Source: Candidatus Saccharimonadota bacterium (GTDB lineage: Bacteria; Patescibacteriota; Gracilibacteria; BD1-5; UBA6164). From it: a DNA stretch of 32,000 bases. Location of the stretch: the NCBI GenBank assembly GCA_965229705.1, contig OZ245922.1, positions 360,001 through 392,000 of the forward strand, written 5' to 3'. The notes beneath the pieces were generated by a model, which had not been told where the DNA came from, ran no database searches, and saw only the letters and a program-made list of their open reading frames with translations. Each line of letters starts with the position of its first letter. The stretch's first letter is position 1. A program made the translations under genes and the position numbers. This document shows, in pieces, positions 10,891 to 20,792 of the stretch.

Positions 10891-12329
10891 TGTACAAAGC
10901 TCACCACCGTCTCTATATGATGAGTGTGAGGAAACATATCAACTGCCTGAACTTTTTCTATGGTATAATCAGAATTCTTGAGAATATACTCACTATCTCG
11001 AGCAAGTGTTGCAGGGTTGCACGAGACATAGAGTATTTGTCGCGTTTTAAACTTGAGTATATTTGGAAGAGCGCTTGGGTGCATGCCAGCTCGAGGAGGA
11101 TCTATGATGAGTAAATCTGCTCTTTGTCACTTATTGAGGTAGCTTTCGAGAAACTCTTCAACTTTCGCGTTTACAAACTCCATATTTGTGACTCTGTTCC
11201 TCTGAGCATTATTTCTTCCGTTTTCTGAAGCCTCTTTTACCAGCTCTACAGAAATAACCTTTTCAGCAATATCAGAAAACAGCATTCCTATAGTCCCAGT
11301 ACCAGCATAGAGATCAAGAATAATACTTTTATCTTGCTGAATCTTATATTCCTGCTTATGAGTAGAAGATGCTAAAAAGAAATCTTTTACAAGGCTGTAG
11401 AGTACCTCAGCCCCTTGAGAGTTTGTCTGAAAGAAACTCTGTGGTCATATATCAAAGCTATATCACAAAATATTCTCTGAGATAGTAGCCCTTCCATAAA
11501 CACACTCAAGGTTTCATATAAGTGTATCAGAACTATTGGTATTATGAGAGATATATACTGACTTTATAGCAGGAAATGTTTGTCATAGCTTTTCTATAAA
11601 GCAGTATATTTCATCTAAAGCACTTTGTAGCTTCTTGTCTCCTTTTGGAAAAAACTCTGGATTCAGAGAAAAAACAAGAAGTATCTCTCAAGAAAAATAC
11701 ATCTTCCTCATCATAAAATGACGCCAAAATCCTGTTCATATTTTTTGATCATATACAGGATATCCGCTTTCTTTTGTAAACTCTCGGACTTTTGCATATA
11801 TCTTGTTTTGCTCTTTATCTATCAAAAAACAATCTTCAAAATCTAACACTTTTGAAAATTCTCCTCGCTTATGAAAACCAATATGAAACTCCTCGAAAAC
11901 ATCTTCTTTATGAGAAATATATTTCCCAAAAGAAAATTCTATTTTATTACGATATCAAAACTGTTGCACTGCAGGAATAATAGGAAGAAAAGGAATATTT
12001 TTTTGAAATTTTTGAATATGAAAAAAAGCCTCCTCTAATTGCTGCTGCTTTATCTCGAGTTGTTTTTCGTAAGAAATATTGACCCAAGGAGCACCAGGAA
12101 GATGAGGGTGGAGCTCTGTTTCAAAAGGAGATTTTTTTACAATATTCACTATTTGCGCTTCATAATAATCTCTTCTTTTTTTGATGATTTTTATGTCTAC
12201 TATTGCTTCTGGAATAGCTCCTCAAGTGATAAAAATAACTTTATTATCATCATAGTTTCGAGCAAAACCCTTTCCTCCAAAAACGAGCTTTTCAATAGTA
12301 ATGTTATGAAGAATAGTTCCTTTTCTCAT
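10875..12329 (-). CDS. RNA (uracil-C5)-methyltransferase, RlmCD/TrmA family (TRAM + SAM MTase), 484 aa
   Basis: N-terminal TRAM-like ITIEKLVFGGKGFAR. Also GYRNKIEFSF, LDLYAGTGTIG, LIIDPPRAGMH, YVSCNPATLARD and VDMFPHTHHIE. Stop is TAA (rc of 10875-10877). Confidence 0.85.
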
Positions 12330-12409
12330 TTTTATAATGCAGTATACGGGCGAGCGTTTTTTGGATAATTATGAGAGGAGTATAAAAAAGAGAAAGAAAA
12401 TAGCAATGA

Positions 12410-12955
12410 CTATTTTATTGATCCTAAAAAGACAACTCCTATTTCGTCCTCTTGAGAATCTTTAAAACTATAGCCTTCTTTGACCATTTCTACTAATCAA
12501 GAGTAGTCAACAGAGTAATAAAAATAATATTCAGAGGATGTATCCAGAGAATTACTTTTCATAACTAGGGTATAATGCTCAAGACTCACTAATGCATCAA
12601 ATCATTCTGAGTCCATATCTCGCAAGTTTACAAGAGCTTCCAGCATAATTTTGTTAATATAATTTATATCTCCATTTTGAAGTTCTGGTATTTTGAGCTG
12701 AAAGCAATGATCACTCCCAGAAACTTCAAAACTCATAACAGAGCGTAACACCAGTTTTAATTGGGTATTAAGAGCTTCACTCCCTGTATCTGGAGAATAA
12801 TATTCTAACATACTTTGTATTATTTCTTCTCGAACTACACATGATTCAAGTTTCTCTTGAGTACTATTTCCTCGTTCTTCTCAAGTACTTGGTGTAACAT
12901 CAGATCCTTTCATATTTTTTTGTATAAGATATAAACAAGTCTCAGTATAATACAT
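12410..12955 (-). CDS. hypothetical protein, 181 aa (alternative start at 12913)
   Basis: 546 nt open with TGA=Gly, ending at TAG (rc of 12410-12412). No family recognised. Confidence 0.45.
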
Positions 12956-12971
12956 ATTTTTTTATAAAAAC

Positions 12972-12999
12972 AAAAATCTGAGCATACACCCAGATTTTT
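12972..12999 (-). terminator. intrinsic terminator downstream of groEL
   Basis: 9-bp stem AAAAATCTG / CAGATTTTT with a 10-nt loop. On the minus strand it is followed by a T-rich run. It lies 17 nt past the groEL stop. Confidence 0.5.
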
Positions 13000-13015
13000 T
13001 TTGTTACGAGAAGTG

Positions 13016-14668
13016 TTACATCATCCCCATTCCTGGCATTCAGCCCATAGCTCACATCCCTGGAGGCATAGCTGGAACTTCATCCGTTTTTCTCGACGCA
13101 CTTACTACAGCTGCCTCTGTTGTGAGGAACATTCCTGCAAGTGAAATAGCTTCACTCAGAGCAATTCTCTCAACTTTTTTTGGATCAATAATTCCATTCT
13201 CTAACATATTTACAAACTCATCTGTTGCGGCATTGTAACCAAAAGAAATACCTTTTGATTCAAGAACCTTATTGATAATCACAGATCCTTCTTTTCCCGC
13301 ATTTTCGACTATTTGACGAAGAGGATAAGAGAGCGCTCGTCTTACAATATCTAGACCAATATCTTGATCAGCATTTCCAAATGAAATACCTTTCAGAGCT
13401 TGAGAAGCCTTGAGTAGAGCAACCCCCCCACCTGCAACAACTCATTCTTCTACTGCAGCGCGAGTGGCATTGAGAGCATCTTCTATACGGAGTTTTTTTT
13501 CTCATGCTTCTACCTCACTCACAGCACCAACCTTGATAAGCGCTACTCATCATGCAAGTTTTGCAATTCTTTCAGTAAGTTTTTCTTTATCATAACTACT
13601 ATCAGTGTTGTTATGCTGCACTTTGAGTTCTTGAACTCGATCATCAATATCACTCTTACTCCCAGCTCCTCCTATAATAGTAGTATGTTCTTGAGATGAT
13701 ATCACGCTTCCCGCATGACCAAGTTCTTCAAGAGTGATATTTTCAAGCTTCATTCAAAGCTCATCAGTGACAAGAGTCCCACCTGTGAGTATCGCAAGGT
13801 CTTTGAGCATTTCTTTCTTTTTTTCTCCAAACCCAGGAGCTTTTACACCAAGAACATTGAGGACTCATTTCAGCTTATTGAGGATAATAGTTGTCAGAGC
13901 TTCACCTTCAATATCATCAGCAATAATTACTAGGTCTTTCTTCCCACTCCCAACAAGTTGTTCTAGTAGAGGAAGAAAATCCTTCATGTTAGATATTTTT
14001 TTATCAGTTAAAACAATAGGAACATCCTTCATCTCACAGATCATTTTGTCAGTGTTTGTTATCATATATGGACTCAGATATCAATTATCAAACTGCATTC
14101 ATTCTGTTATATCTACCTCCATACCAAATGTTTGCCCTTCTTCTACAGAAATAACTCCATCATTTCATACTTTTTCCATTGCCTGAGCAATGATACTTCA
14201 TACTTCTTCATCTTGCGCTGAGATAGTTGCTACCTGAGCAATCTCATCTTGGGAAGAAATTGTTTTTGTATTTTTTTCAAGTTCATTTGCGACAAGTTCT
14301 CCAGCCTTTTTCATTCCATTTTTGAGTTCAACCGAGTTTACTCCTGTTTTTATATTACGGAGTCATTCTTTTGCGAGTGCGTAGGTCAAAAGCGTTGCTG
14401 TTGTTGTACCATCACCTGCAAGGGTATTAGTCTTTTCTGCAGCTTCTTTCACGAGTTCTGCTCACATATTCTCAAAGTTATCTTCGAGTTCAATTTCTTT
14501 TGCAATAGTGACTCCATCATTTGTTACTTGTGGGGCACCAAATCATTTTTCAAGAATCACATTTCGTCCCTTAGGTCACATAGTTACAGTAACTGTTTGA
14601 GCAACTTGCTCAATACCACGAAACATTTGAGATCGAGCATCATCACTGTATTGAATTTTTTTTGCCAT
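13016..14668 (-). CDS. groEL: chaperonin GroEL, 550 aa
   Basis: [12 protein letters not shown]...[14 protein letters not shown]...[17 protein letters not shown]. The C-terminal Gly-Met tail MGAMGGMPGMGMM has two Gly encoded by TGA (rc of 13052-13054 and 13040-13042). Stop is TAA (rc of 13016-13018). Confidence 0.97.
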
Positions 14669-14706
14669 AGTTATAAATTTAGAAGTAAAAAAATAAGTAC
14701 AAAAAA

Positions 14707-14985
14707 TTATTGAACTTTTCACAATATGTACTCTATTGCGACTATTTTGTATTCTTGATCTCCAAGTTTTACTTCATCACCAGAGTATTGTCATGCAAGA
14801 ACCGTATCTCACAGGCTTATACAAGTCATATCCTTATCAACCTTTCCTGGTCCAATAGCAACTACTTCATACATAAAAGGTCTCTCTTTATTAACGCTAT
14901 CTGGGATATAAATGCCAGAGTTTGTGACACTCTCTTGCTCAAGAGCCTTGAGTACAACTCTATCAAATAGGGGAGTAATATTCAT
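14707..14985 (-). CDS. groES: co-chaperonin GroES, 92 aa
   Basis: MNITPLFDRVVLK...SGIYIPDS...VVAIGPGK...GDTVLAGQYSG. It lies 38 nt upstream of groEL. Stop is TAA (rc of 14707-14709). Confidence 0.9.
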
Positions 14986-15159
14986 ATAATATACTTAAAA
15001 TATAAAATATTTTTTAGGGCTTTTTAAAAATATAGGTAATTATTAGGAATCTCTAAGAAACAAAAATTTAGCTCTAGTGAAGAGTCTCTCCTTTTAACAA
15101 AGAGAGAAAAAAGCTTTCTCATGAGGTTTTTTTCATTAAAATAATACCAAATATTTTTT

Positions 15160-15186
15160 TAAGCACAGATATTATATAGGTGCTAA
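15160..15186. promoter_or_regulatory. CIRCE-like inverted repeat (possible HrcA operator)
   Basis: TAAGCACAG-N9-AGGTGCTAA versus the consensus TTAGCACTC-N9-GAGTGCTAA. Left arm matches 6/9 and right arm 7/9, and the AGCAC-N13-GTGCT core spacing is exact. It overlaps the -10 and spacer of the promoter above. Confidence 0.45.
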
Positions 15187-15198
15187 TTATTCTGTCAA
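15171..15198 (-). promoter_or_regulatory. sigma70-type promoter for groES-groEL
   Basis: On the minus strand: TTGACA (rc of 15193-15198), a 16-nt spacer, then TATAAT (rc of 15171-15176). It lies about 185 nt upstream of the groES ATG. Confidence 0.5.
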
Positions 15199-15320
15199 AA
15201 ATATTTTTTTGTATCATTTTTATTTTGCTTTCTGTGTATGAAAAACTCGCATAAAAAACTTTTGTAATAAAAAAATTTTCGTATATAATAGGTGTATATT
15301 TACTCCTGTTGTATAAATTT

Positions 15321-15647
15321 ATGGATGATAAAGAATTTCAAACTCAAGTACTTTGAGAACTAAAGTCTATTAAAACAGATGTATGAGAACTTAAGGCAGA
15401 TGTTTCAGGACTTAAAACAGACGTATGAGAACTTAAGGCAGATGTTTCGGGACTTAAAACGGATGTATCTTCACTGAAAAGCGAAACAAAAGGTCTTCAT
15501 CAGAAGTTTGATAGACTTGATGATCGGCTCGACAGTGTAGAATCAAATCTTTCTCAAGAAATACGCCTCCAATGATCCTATCTCAGTCAAGCTTTTGATA
15601 GAATGACCTACATAGAACAAGGACAAAATCAGTTCTCCAAAAGATAG
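15321..15647 (+). CDS. small coiled-coil repeat protein, 108 aa
   Basis: ATG 15321 to TAG 15645-15647, with 4 in-frame TGA. Heptad-like 14-aa units TDVGELKADVSGLK are repeated. A terminator hairpin follows. Confidence 0.5.
15375..15458 (+). repeat. 42-bp tandem repeat x2 (plus degenerate flanking copies) inside the coiled-coil ORF
   Basis: 15375-15416 and 15417-15458 differ at 2 positions (ACAGATGTATGAGAACTTAAGGCAGATGTTTCAGGACTTAAA). The TGA codon is conserved in each unit. Confidence 0.8.
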
Positions 15648-15680
15648 AGAGATCTAATAGAAAGCTGTATATGTAAAAAG

Positions 15681-15710
15681 AAAACTATTCTGTGTACAGA
15701 ATAGTTTTTT
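15681..15710 (+). terminator. intrinsic terminator after the coiled-coil ORF
   Basis: ACTATTCTGT / ACAGAATAGT stem followed by TTTTTT. Confidence 0.6.
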
Positions 15711-15762
15711 AGGCTCTAGTTTGGGTTTGACTTTTTTATTATCAACCCTTTATTATGACAAT

Positions 15763-16197
15763 CTAATTCTTACTTGCAAGAAATTTAGGATAGTGAAAGA
15801 AGAATAATAAACCAAAGACCAGAGACCAGGAAAGAGCATCAATAAATGTTTCTTTGAGTTCAATGGAACGTTGAGCAATAACCATCTTTTTTGCTTTTTC
15901 TTCACACAGTGCTATCTCTCATGGACTTTTTTCAACTGATTCATCACTTTTCCACTCTGGTTCGCTACATTGACGCACCTCCCACGCTCTATCAGAGAGG
16001 ACGTATTCTTTATCTGTGATCAAGATATAGTTTCCTATAGAAGAAGTGAGTATACCAATGTTCACACACAAAACAATGATAGAAACAAGTGATATAACAG
16101 CAAGATAGAGAGGGAAGAGTCCTTCTACAGAAAATAATCCTACGGATCATCTTGTATGAGTCTTTTTCGCAGTAGATTTCCTTCAAAGTAGTGACAT
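15763..16197 (-). CDS. hypothetical membrane protein, 144 aa (two predicted TM segments)
   Basis: 435 nt open with TGA=Gly. Hydrophobic stretches LFPLYLAVISLVSIIVLCVNIGIL and LSWSLVFGLLFFF. Stop is TAG (rc of 15763-15765). Confidence 0.5.
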
Positions 16198-16320
16198 AAT
16201 GTATAGAATATAGAAATAAGTAGAGAAAGTATAGTTTTTATAGGCAAAAACTCCACTAAAAAAATTTGACAAATATAAATCTTTATAAAAAAATATAATA
16301 TATAAAAATTTATATGTTGT

Positions 16321-16611
16321 ATGAATAAAAATGATACATTCTACCGAGTGAGAGAGTGTAGGGAAGGTGCAATACTTGAGAATCCAAGGTGATGAGAGCT
16401 TATTGGTAGTCTTGAAACAGAGACAAACACTGTTGTAGAAGTGTTTAGGTTTACATCTCAAAAATACAAAGATATTCTAAAAGAATCACTTATAATTGTG
16501 GATACCGATCCTGCGATGTTAAAAAGCCTTTCTGATAGGTTCTTGTGAACTGTCATGGATGAAAAAAATAAGAAACTTCTTGGCGTGTTTGATTACTCTT
16601 GAAGAAGCTAA
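16321..16611 (+). CDS. hypothetical protein, 96 aa
   Basis: ATG 16321 to TAA 16609-16611, with 4 in-frame TGA. No family recognised. Convergent with thrS. Confidence 0.4.
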
Positions 16612-16628
16612 AGTTTCCCCGCATTTTA

Positions 16629-18551
16629 CTATACCTCAAACTTCTCTATATATTCCCTTAATTTTCAGAGAGGAATAGTGATCTGTTCTTTTTTACAACG
16701 AAGACTCACAGTGTTATTTTCTACATCAGTATCTCACACTATACAGAGCAGTGGTACCTTTGCCAGCTCTGCTTGGCGAACCTTTTTTGCAAGAGAGTTC
16801 TCTGATACATCAAGGGTATACCTCAACTCGTTAAACTTCAAAGGCTTCATCAGGTAGATATCTTTTACAGTCTCTTCTACTTGCTTCGCATATACTTGAG
16901 CGTCAGGACTTACACTCATAATCCGAACCTGCTCAGGAGCAATCCAAAAAGGAAATCTCCCAGCATTCATCTCAATGAGAAATCACATAAACCTATCAAT
17001 AGAACCCATAAGGGCCATATGAATAATTGCTGGTGTTTCATCGCTTCCATCAGCAGATTTATAGCTAATACCAAATTTATCTGCAATAGAGTAATCCACC
17101 TGTATTGTCGAGAGTGTATCTTCTTTTCCATTAACATTCTTAACTTGAATATCTATTTTTGGACCATAAAACGCCGCTTCATTTGGAGCGTCATAATAGT
17201 CTACTCCTATCTCATCAAGAACTTTCCTCATAGCAATAATAGACTCTTTCCACTCCTGTGTTTCTTCACCATATTTTTCAGCATTGTTTTTAAAATCAGG
17301 AAGCGAGAAACGTATCTCATATCCCTGAATACCAAGAGCTTCATAGGCACGAATAAATCTCTCAAGAGCCTCACTAATAACTTCAAACAGTTGAGACTTC
17401 ATACAATATACATGTGCGTCATTTTGTGTAAAACCTCTCACTCGTATAAGTCCTGTAAGCGCTCCACTATCTTCATACCTATATACTGTTCAAAACTCCA
17501 TTAACCGAAAAGGAAGGTCTCTATATGAGCGAGGTTTATACAGATAAATATAATGATGCATAGGACAATTCATCGGCTTGAGATAAAACTCTTCTACCTT
17601 TCCATCTACTTCTCACTGACCATCAAGATTTTTCATCTCAAGAGGAGAAAACATTCCATCTTTATAATGATCCAGATGACCTGAACGGGCAAAAAGCGTT
17701 GATTTTCCAATATGTGGAGTATACACATATTGATATCCTGCATTCTCGGCTTCTTGTATCATATACTTCTCAAGGATTTGGCGAAGTTTTGCTCCATTGG
17801 GAAGGTAGAGTGGAAGTCATAAACCAATCTCTTCTTCAATAGAAAAATACTCTAACTGTTTTCCTAGCACTCTATGATCTCTTTTTTTTGCTTCTTCGAG
17901 TATTTTTATATGATTATCAAGAGCTTCTTTATTTTCAAAAGCGTAGGCGTAAATACGAGTAAGTTGCTTATTTTTTCCACTTCCTAGCCAATAAGCTCAT
18001 GCTACTCGAGCTATTTTAAAACTGTTTGAATCAAGAGAGGCAGTACTTGCGACATGCTGTGGACCTGCACACATATCTATGAATTTGAGGTTACGAATCT
18101 GATCACCATCAAGATGAGTAGAAAAATCAAAGTATCATTTTTCTTGAATCAGAGTTTGAGTTTCTGTTATCTCTCATCATTTTCCTGTGTTGATATAAAA
18201 AGAGATTTTTCCTGTTATTTTCTCAGAGTTTTTAAATTTTCCTGACTCAAGTGCATCTACAAGCTCTATCTTAAAGTCTTCATTCATTGTTGTGAGTATT
18301 TCTCGAGCCTCATCATAACTTACTTCAAAACTTTGGAAGTCTTGGTTTTGAGAAATGATTTTTTTCATAGATTTTTCAATTTTCTTAAAATCTTTATCAG
18401 AAAAATCTTGTTCTCAGAAATCAAAATCATAATAAAATCCATCATCTGTATATGGTCCTGTAGCAATTTTTGTTTCAGGAAAGTTTTGCTTGACTGCTTG
18501 AGCCATAATATGAGCAAGTGAATGTCTGCGTGTTTCTAGGGAGTAGTTCAT
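16629..18551 (-). CDS. thrS: threonine--tRNA ligase, 640 aa, starting at the editing/second-additional domain (no TGS domain)
   Basis: [28 protein letters not shown], class II motifs FRLMEFGTVYRYE and [14 protein letters not shown], and GSIDRFM. Stop is TAG (rc of 16629-16631). Confidence 0.95.
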
Positions 18552-18680
18552 AAATTAAGTTTAAAGGTTAAAATTTGCTTTTTTATAAAAATAAATATAA
18601 TGTGTATATGTTTGTGGTAGGCTGAAATATGCTCAACGAGGGATTAGACCCTGACACAAACTTTTTTTGTGCTCACTTTT

Positions 18681-19067
18681 CTATTCTAGAAAATCAAAAA
18701 ATACACTAATTAAAATAATTCATCCATCTTTTTTCTCACCCAAAACAATATAAAACTCAAAGTCTTTCATTTGGGATTTTATTTTATACGTTTTTCGAAA
18801 AAATCTTTTTTTATCTACTGTCACATCTGTGCGCTCTTCAACTATTTTTCAATCTATAGCTATTTTTTCAATCAAACTAATACAAGAGAGTCGTTCTATA
18901 ATATCTTCGAATTCTCGCTTTTTCGAACTTCCAGAAATATGACGCAAAAACAGATTTGTTACTCGAAAACTTTTTCAAATTCATTCGCAATAAATATCTC
19001 CGAGAGATTGTAGTTTACGAAACACTTCTTTAGATGAGAGACGAACAAGTTTGATCAGTTTTTTCAT
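18681..19067 (-). CDS. hypothetical protein, 128 aa
   Basis: 387 nt open with TGA=Gly, from ATG (rc of 19065-19067) to TAG (rc of 18681-18683). No confident family assignment. Confidence 0.45.
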
Positions 19068-19263
19068 TTAATAGTTTTTTACCATAATATAGCTCTCAAC
19101 CTCGAGTAAGAGATGTGACTGAAACTCAGTGCATCAAAAACTCTTTCAGAATATATATCTCAACAAGTCGGCTTCATCAAATAATAAATACTTTTTTCAT
19201 ATAAATTTATTTTTTTATTAAATTTTGATGTACTTACCTTAGTAAAGTAAAATCTTTACCCCC

Positions 19264-19297
19264 CCCATAGATCATGAGTCTATGGGTTCTTTTTTTG
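19264..19297 (+). terminator. orphan plus-strand intrinsic-terminator-like hairpin
   Basis: CCCATAGA / TCTATGGG stem, 7-nt loop, then TTCTTTTTTT. A promoter-like TTGATG-N17-TAAAAT lies at 19225-19253. No plus-strand ORF lies upstream. Confidence 0.45.
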
Positions 19298-19422
19298 TAG
19301 TATTTTTACGCGTTTAATTTTATTCTTATAAAATTCAAGAAATTTCTTCTCTTTATTCATTCATCAAATAACTTTTGATTCTTATTCATACTGCTTTTTA
19401 ATCTTTAATATAACAAATCTCT

Positions 19423-19454
19423 AAAAAAAATAAAAAAATCTCCCTAAAGGAGAT
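19423..19454 (-). terminator. orphan minus-strand intrinsic-terminator-like hairpin
   Basis: ATCTCC / GGAGAT stem (19438-19454) followed on the minus strand by T7-A-T8. A promoter-like TTGACT-N17-TATATT on the minus strand is the rc of 19572-19600. Confidence 0.4.
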
Positions 19455-19675
19455 ATTGAAAATTTCATATATTTTTGAAACCTAACAAACACCTCCTAAA
19501 AGGAAAGTCGTAGTAATAATGGTTTCAAGTTGTGCTAGCATGTACGTGCTTTCTGTAAAAAATACGATTATAATATAAGAAAGAACAATATGAAAGTCAA
19601 AATTTTTACTTCTGAAAAAAATTGTGATACACTAAAAGAGTATTTTGAGGAAAATATTTTTTTAACACCAACAAT

Positions 19676-20719
19676 ATGATCAAAGAAATACTCTTTTATG
19701 CCATTGAGAACCATGCTTCTGATGTCATTCTTGCAAGTGGAAACTTGCCTGCAGTAAAACAATTTTGAGAAATTGTATATTTAGATGAATATGATGTTTT
19801 GAGTAATAAAATTCTCTCAAACGAACTTAAAAATATCATGAGTGAAGAACAAAAAACTTCTTTACAAAAAAAATGAGAAATAGATTTTTCATATGAAATA
19901 TCAGAAATAGGAAGGTTTCGTGTGAATATATTTTCACAAAATCTTGGTCTAAGTCTTGTTTTTAGGGTTATTAGTCCAGAAATACCAAAAAAAGAAGAAT
20001 TGTGACTTCCTCTTCATATAACAGACTTATTGGAGAAAAAATCAGGGATTATCCTTGTGACTGGTGGAGTAGGATCTGGAAAATCTACAACACTTGCTTC
20101 ACTAATAAAACATATTAATCTTCATTATTCTCGACATATTATTACGCTAGAAGATCCAATAGAATATTTTCATGAAAGCCAGAATTCTCTCGTAGAACAA
20201 AGGGAAGTAGGGAAAAACACACAAAATTTTGAGAATGGTCTGATGTATGCTCTCAGGCAAGCAAGTGATGTTATCATGATAGGGGAGATGAGAGATCTTG
20301 AGACATTTCGCTTGGCTCTTCGAGCAGCAGAGACAGGGAACCTTGTACTTGCAACAGTTCATACAGCTTGAGCTGCAAGAACTATTGCTCGTATTATTGA
20401 TATGTTTCCTGGTGAAGAAAAAAACCATATTAGAACACAACTTGCAGAGTCCCTTATTGCGGTACTTTGGCAAGACTTGCTTCCAGCAAAAGAAGGGGGA
20501 AGAGTGCTTAGCTCTGAGCTTCTTATAAAAACAAAAGCTATTGAAAACATGATTCGTGAAAGTGTTGTTCATCAAATAAATGGCGCTATAGAAACAGGAA
20601 AGGACTTTGGTATGATTTCTATGAAGCATTCTCTTGAAAAACTACTTGAAGAAGAAAAAATATCGCAAGAAGTATTTGAGAGATACATGAATCTTTATGG
20701 TATCAGCCAGGATAGCTAG
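19676..20719 (+). CDS. pilT: type IV pilus retraction ATPase PilT, 347 aa
   Basis: ASDVILASG, Walker A GGVGSGKSTT, TLEDPIEY, Walker B-like VIMIGEMRD, LATVHT and AVLWQDLLP. Stop is TAG at 20717-20719. Confidence 0.9.
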
Positions 20720-20740
20720 ACAAAGATTTTTACACAAAAA

Positions 20741-20768
20741 AAATATTCCTTAGTAGTAGGGAATATTT
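20741..20768. terminator. bidirectional terminator between convergent pilT and the repeat-protein gene
   Basis: AAATATTCC / GGAATATTT stem with a 10-nt loop, an A-run upstream and a T-run downstream. Confidence 0.55.
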
Positions 20769-20792
20769 TTTTGTAACAAAGAATAAAGTAAA

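Noticed and set aside
13410-14713. Several plus-strand ORFs (61-154 aa) in the track.
   Set aside because: They are antisense to the unambiguous groEL frame, and their low-complexity Ser/Phe/Cys-rich translations are typical of antisense artefacts.
16266-16299. TTGACA hexamer as a promoter for the 96-aa ORF.
   Set aside because: The nearest -10-like hexamers are 12 or 22 nt away, so the spacing is wrong. In this AT-rich sequence it is likely a chance match.
16881-17504. 207-aa plus-strand ORF, the longest plus-strand entry in the track for this region.
   Set aside because: It is antisense to thrS, whose class II aaRS motifs are unambiguous on the minus strand.
18552-18680. T-box leader or other riboswitch in front of thrS; also a 7-bp stem (18610-18616 / 18655-18661) followed by T7 on the plus strand.
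   Set aside because: The spacer is too short for a T-box and no T-box consensus is seen. The stem encloses a 38-nt mostly unpaired loop and faces away from any plus-strand gene, so evidence for a terminator or sRNA is weak.
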